37,891 nucleotides of DNA from Bigelowiella natans CCMP2755. Its lineage: Eukaryota; Protista; Cercozoa. The position numbers were made by a program, and so were the translations under genes. The stretch is taken from the NCBI GenBank assembly GCA_000320545.1, contig ADNK01000673.1, positions 1 to 37,891 on the forward strand, given 5' to 3'. Shown in pieces: positions 33,783-37,891 of this stretch (its first letter is position 1; each line of letters starts with the position of its first letter). A model generated the notes under the pieces. That model saw only the letters and a program-made list of their open reading frames with translations. It searched no databases and had not been told where the DNA came from.

Positions 33783-34466
33783 TAGTGAGAGAGAGAGAGA
33801 GAGATATAGAGAGAGAGAGAGGGAGAGAGCGATGCATGCATTAAGCTGACTCGAACAAAGTACAAGGCTTTCGGTTTTTATACCCCCCTCTCCCCCCCCC
33901 CCCCCCCCCCCTCCTCTCTCCCTGTGCATGTGTGCAACATTTTTGGTTTAAAATGATTTCGTTGAGTGTGTTTGTGTTTGTGTATTTGGATTCTTTTGGT
34001 ATATATCCAACAATTCCAGCGTGATGCATTCGTGGGTCTACTACACACCCGTGAACAAGCAGCTTGGTGAGAGGACGGATGGCAGGGATCATTTTTCCTT
34101 TTTTTTGACTTGACAGCTACTGCTGTTCCCAGCGCGCCCCGCAATTAGTAGCATTGATTGATCCCAGAGATCAGCATCCGGTTTTCGAACAAAATTTTGC
34201 AGCATGATTCACGCCCCGTTGCTGCTGGGATTTCTCGACTTTTCCCCAGGATCTTTTGTCCGTGCGCATTCGGAAAAGAGGCGCCGCTCATTTGTTTGTC
34301 CGTTTCGTTCTTCGTGTTGCTGTTACGTTACAGTGCAAAAGCTCCAGCGGATATTCAACCATCTAAACGTGGCTTTCTCCGGGAAAGTAGTACTCTGCCC
34401 GCCTGCCTGCGCGCACGCATCCAGCGCATGCATGACGAACCAAAAAATCATCAAAATAACACGCTA

Positions 34467-34506
<40 letters not shown>

Positions 34507-34732
34507 CAATGTAATATATTCGTTTTTCCTTGCAGGTATGTCTCGGACGTGTCTACAGGATTCTCCGTAAATCGAAGGTGCTTGCTCCAACGCAGCTGCA
34601 CCTGCTCCAACGCAGCTGCACCATCCATTCGCACAAACTCGTTGCCGGCCTGTTCCACGCTCGCGTCCGAGGCTCGCGGACAATACGAATCATAAACTAT
34701 ATACACATACCCCGCACACAAACACGCGTACA

Positions 34733-34770
<38 letters not shown>

Positions 34771-35963
34771 GCAAGCAAGCGCGCCGCATAGCTCAGCTAC
34801 TGCAAGACGTATCCGTGAACGCGTTTTGTAATGTGTGTGGGATGGGCGCGCGTGTGTGTGTGTGTGTGTGTCTACTCTGTTCGTGCCACAATATTCCTTC
34901 ATTGGTCGCATGCTCTCCCCCCCCCTCAGGAGCTCCTCCAGTACATCGGAGACATCAGTCGGTTGAATCTATCGGAAGAGGAGGAAACAACTGCGGTAGG
35001 AAGCCAAACAACACGTGTCGAAACGGCACATATTGTGCTGTATTACCCCGCTGCCTGTGTGCTGACGGTGCATGTTGATTCTTTGGCAAAGTATTTGCAT
35101 TGTCGCTGGTAATTATGTGCCCTCCCGTCGCTCGCAAACAGCTACCTCCTCCTCACCCCCCCCCCCCCCCCCCTTCACCGGCAATAGGTGTCCTTTATCG
35201 ATATGCTGGAGCACCTGTTCAAGTACACACATCATCACCAGCTCGGTCGTATGTTTTTCCTTCACTCTCGCTCGCACAGCTAGCAGTGTCATTTTGCGCT
35301 AAAGAATGGGGATGGTTTTCTTTGAGCTTACGTACGCGCGACGCGCGAGCGTTTCTCTCTCTTTCTCTCCCTCGCTGTCCCTCTCCTCCTCCCGCTCTTT
35401 ATGTTTGTGTGCTTGTGTGTTGGTGTGTTGTTTTGGAGTCGGAAGAAATCTGAGAATAGTTTCCATAATCACAGCGCAAATCATATCATGGGCGAATATC
35501 GCTCCCACCCCGATGCTCGACGAGCAAAGGCTTCGGGTAGCGGCCAGGCATTGTATTGCCAATGATGATACAGTTACCCATAGGAAAGATCGCAGTAGTA
35601 ATTAGTAGTAGAGAAGGCGGTCAGCTCGATCGAAAGGGGAGATGCGATCTGATACGCGCAGGCAGATTTCTTTTCCTTTTCCGTTTTTGAGATTTCCTTT
35701 TTGTAGCTGCACACTGCGTTGTCCGCGTAGCGATGCAGAGGGATCGGCTTCATATGCGCTGCGAAACGACATCGTGTCGGCACCGCGCGCCATCCGCCTT
35801 CGCATTTTCCTAAAATTCATTCCTTTTCCCGCCGCCCCATAGGACATTCAAGAGATGTTCAAGAAGTGCGATGAGGTCCGTGCACGAAAGCCCGCGCAGC
35901 TGCGAGAGAGTTAGGGGAGTGGCGCGCCTGATTACATATTCGAGATAATTCCACAGACACTCG

Positions 35964-35996
<33 letters not shown>

Positions 35997-36118
35997 GAGA
36001 GAGTTGTCTCAATGTATACTTGCTTGCGCATGTTAGGATGGCGGGGGCACCATCTCCTTAGAAGAATTCAAAGAATCACTGGTGAACAGCGGTAAGACGA
36101 TTGCATGCACACCCTCAC

Positions 36119-36173
<55 letters not shown>

Positions 36174-36357
36174 ATATATGTGCTCTGCAGGTATAGCAAG
36201 ATCTGAAGCCATCAGACGCTTCAAGGATATAAACTCTGATGGTACGAGATTACATTTTTCGTTGTGAATTCGTTCAGAAGTGCGTGGTCTTTTAATGATT
36301 CTCCTCAGAAATATATTATATATATAAATAATATATATATATATATATATATATATT

Positions 36358-36391
<34 letters not shown>

Positions 36392-36554
36392 TGTGTGCCT
36401 ATTGCTGCGTTTGTATCATACATTGAAACCATTTATATTTGGAGGCTTGTTCGCCGATTCAAAGCACATGCAATGTATCGTAGGTGACGCGGAGATAACG
36501 TCTCTCGCATTCGTCAAGTTTTATTCCGAAAGTCTCTCTCTGAACGTGGGATAG
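30954..36554 (+). CDS. Multi-exon EF-hand calcium-binding protein, possibly N-myristoylated
   Basis: First exon MGNALEGFKGKK|gtaacc. Internal exon VEKLKLLFDTLDTAEIGK. C-terminal EF-hand pair assembled across introns: DIQEMFKKCDE|DGGGTISLEEFKESL and AIRRFKDINSD|GDAEITSLAFVKFY. Middle exons not fully resolved, so this could be two genes. Confidence 0.65.
31713..31872. repeat. Compound intronic microsatellite (TA)n followed by (TG)n
   Basis: Directly visible. Confidence 0.95.
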
Positions 36555-36943
36555 AGTAGCTAGGTAGCATGAAATTCAATGGCATGCAGTCGATTGGGGC
36601 ACCAATGAACGTACTGTCCTCAAATTGCCATGGATGTCTTTTGCGTGCAATGTCAAAATCTTGTGCATAAACATATGCGTCCTCTATAGTTCAAGCTGTT
36701 CCCAGCAGGCTCATAAGACATATCGCCATAATGGTGCTAGCATGCGCGGGTTGTTTGACGCGCCCGATAAGCATAGGCTATTTAAAATGCGAATGCTGCT
36801 GCCATCTGCGCTATAAAGCATGATTGTCCTTTGCTCGTATCACACGTCTATATTCAACTTGCTTTATTACTACAACTTCATGTTTGCTGGGCGGCGGTGC
36901 AGCACTACGACGATTATCATTAAGAAAGAAAGCGTGTTTGTGC

Positions 36944-36982
<39 letters not shown>

Positions 36983-37043
36983 CGCGCGCGCCTTATTGTG
37001 TATTAGCTCGCCGCGCTTCAGTCGCCGCTCAATAACGCCATCA

Positions 37044-37722
37044 TCACATCTGCTGCTGGGTGAAGATGGCACCCAGAGCTACCGCACCTACCAGCACCCC
37101 GAAAGCAAGGTACATTGTCCAAGATGAACCGAAGAAAGAAGAAGATGATGCTAAGGCGTCGTCGTCACCTGCGAGCGGGGGCAGCACATTCTCGCCTTCC
37201 TTATCGTCGCCGCCGCTGCTCTCTTCGTAGCCGAAGCTCAGGTTCTTGAACTTCTCCGCGAACGCCGCCTTCCTCTTTCGCTCCAGCTCGCGCTTCGACT
37301 GTTGTTGTTATTTTTGTTGTTTCAATGCGGAGCAAAAGGGGAAGCAAGGAAGGAAGCTGGCTGGGTGTGTCTCAGTAGTGTTATTGAATTTCCGACTTCC
37401 GTGATGTCCGTTATGAGGTAACACACCCACAATGAAATGCACTTTGGTGGAAAAACATAGCTGGGAAGTCAAGGATGCGAACAGAATAACTAACTAACTG
37501 ACTAACTGTTGGCAACGCATCGCTGTTTTCTGACGACGGGGCGGAACCGACTCTGGGTTGCTTACCTCCAGGGATTTCTCAAAGACTTCTACGCGGCCTC
37601 CGCCCTTTGCTTCGGGTAGGCTCTTTAATCTATGAATCATATTTTCAGCCTTCGCTAGGTAGTTTGTGGCCAAGTATATCTTCGCCAGCCGCTCCAGGCA
37701 CCTCACATTCTCTGCATCGATC
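37044..37722 (-). CDS. 3' end of a TPR-containing protein with a C-terminal transmembrane (tail) anchor; continues beyond the right edge
   Basis: Exon IDAENVRCLERLAKIYLATNYLAKAENMIHRL is TPR-like. The last exon has ELERKRKAAFAEKF and the hydrophobic end WTMYLAFGVLVGAVALGAIFTQQQM*. The layout recalls FKBP8/TWD1-type co-chaperones, but no PPIase domain is in the window. Confidence 0.6.
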
Positions 37723-37891
37723 TGAGGGGGAGGGGGGAGGGGGGGGGGGGGAGGTCCGAACAGTAAAGCGCACTATGGATTAAGGGCCTACTCATTACAG
37801 TCACTCGTCACCCTCCCCCCCCAACACCGACCCAAGCCTCACGCTTTCCTCCTCAATGCATATCATCGTAGCCATGCTCGATGGAACACCT

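Noticed and set aside
34583-34622. Perfect 20-bp tandem duplication (tgctccaacgcagctgcacc x2)
   Set aside because: It lies just after a probable splice donor (aag|gtgctt), so it is intronic. Two units without spacers are not CRISPR-like.
31625-37035. ORFs with YIYIYI, HTHTHT, CVCVCV or ERERER runs
   Set aside because: These are translations of intronic dinucleotide microsatellites.

Overview
Eukaryotic (protist-like) nuclear DNA with spliceosomal introns, many of them full of microsatellites. Left to right: the 5' part of ATG7 (-); an intronless GIY-YIG nuclease/zinc-knuckle gene of giant-virus type (+); an AT-rich, short-intron block with a SEC14/CRAL-TRIO gene and a large DEP/C2/PRT_C (MCTP-like) gene (both -); an apparently full-length two-ORF non-LTR retrotransposon (-; ORF1 plus APE-RT-CCHC ORF2); a ~10.5 kb gene for a giant secreted Cys-rich mosaic protein (-); an EF-hand gene (+); and the 3' end of a TPR, tail-anchored protein gene (-). 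The strongest unexplained signal is three tracts where the TpA dinucleotide is strongly depleted while TpG, CpA and CpG are abundant: around the GIY-YIG gene (partial), across the LINE 3' end (almost complete) and across the LINE 5' end (weaker). Tyr codons disappear there, and conserved LINE tyrosines read as Cys or His. This looks like a double-stranded, mobile-element-associated A:T->G:C hypermutation at TpA (the reverse direction of fungal RIP) that extends into neighbouring host genes. All counts are manual and exon boundaries were inferred by eye.
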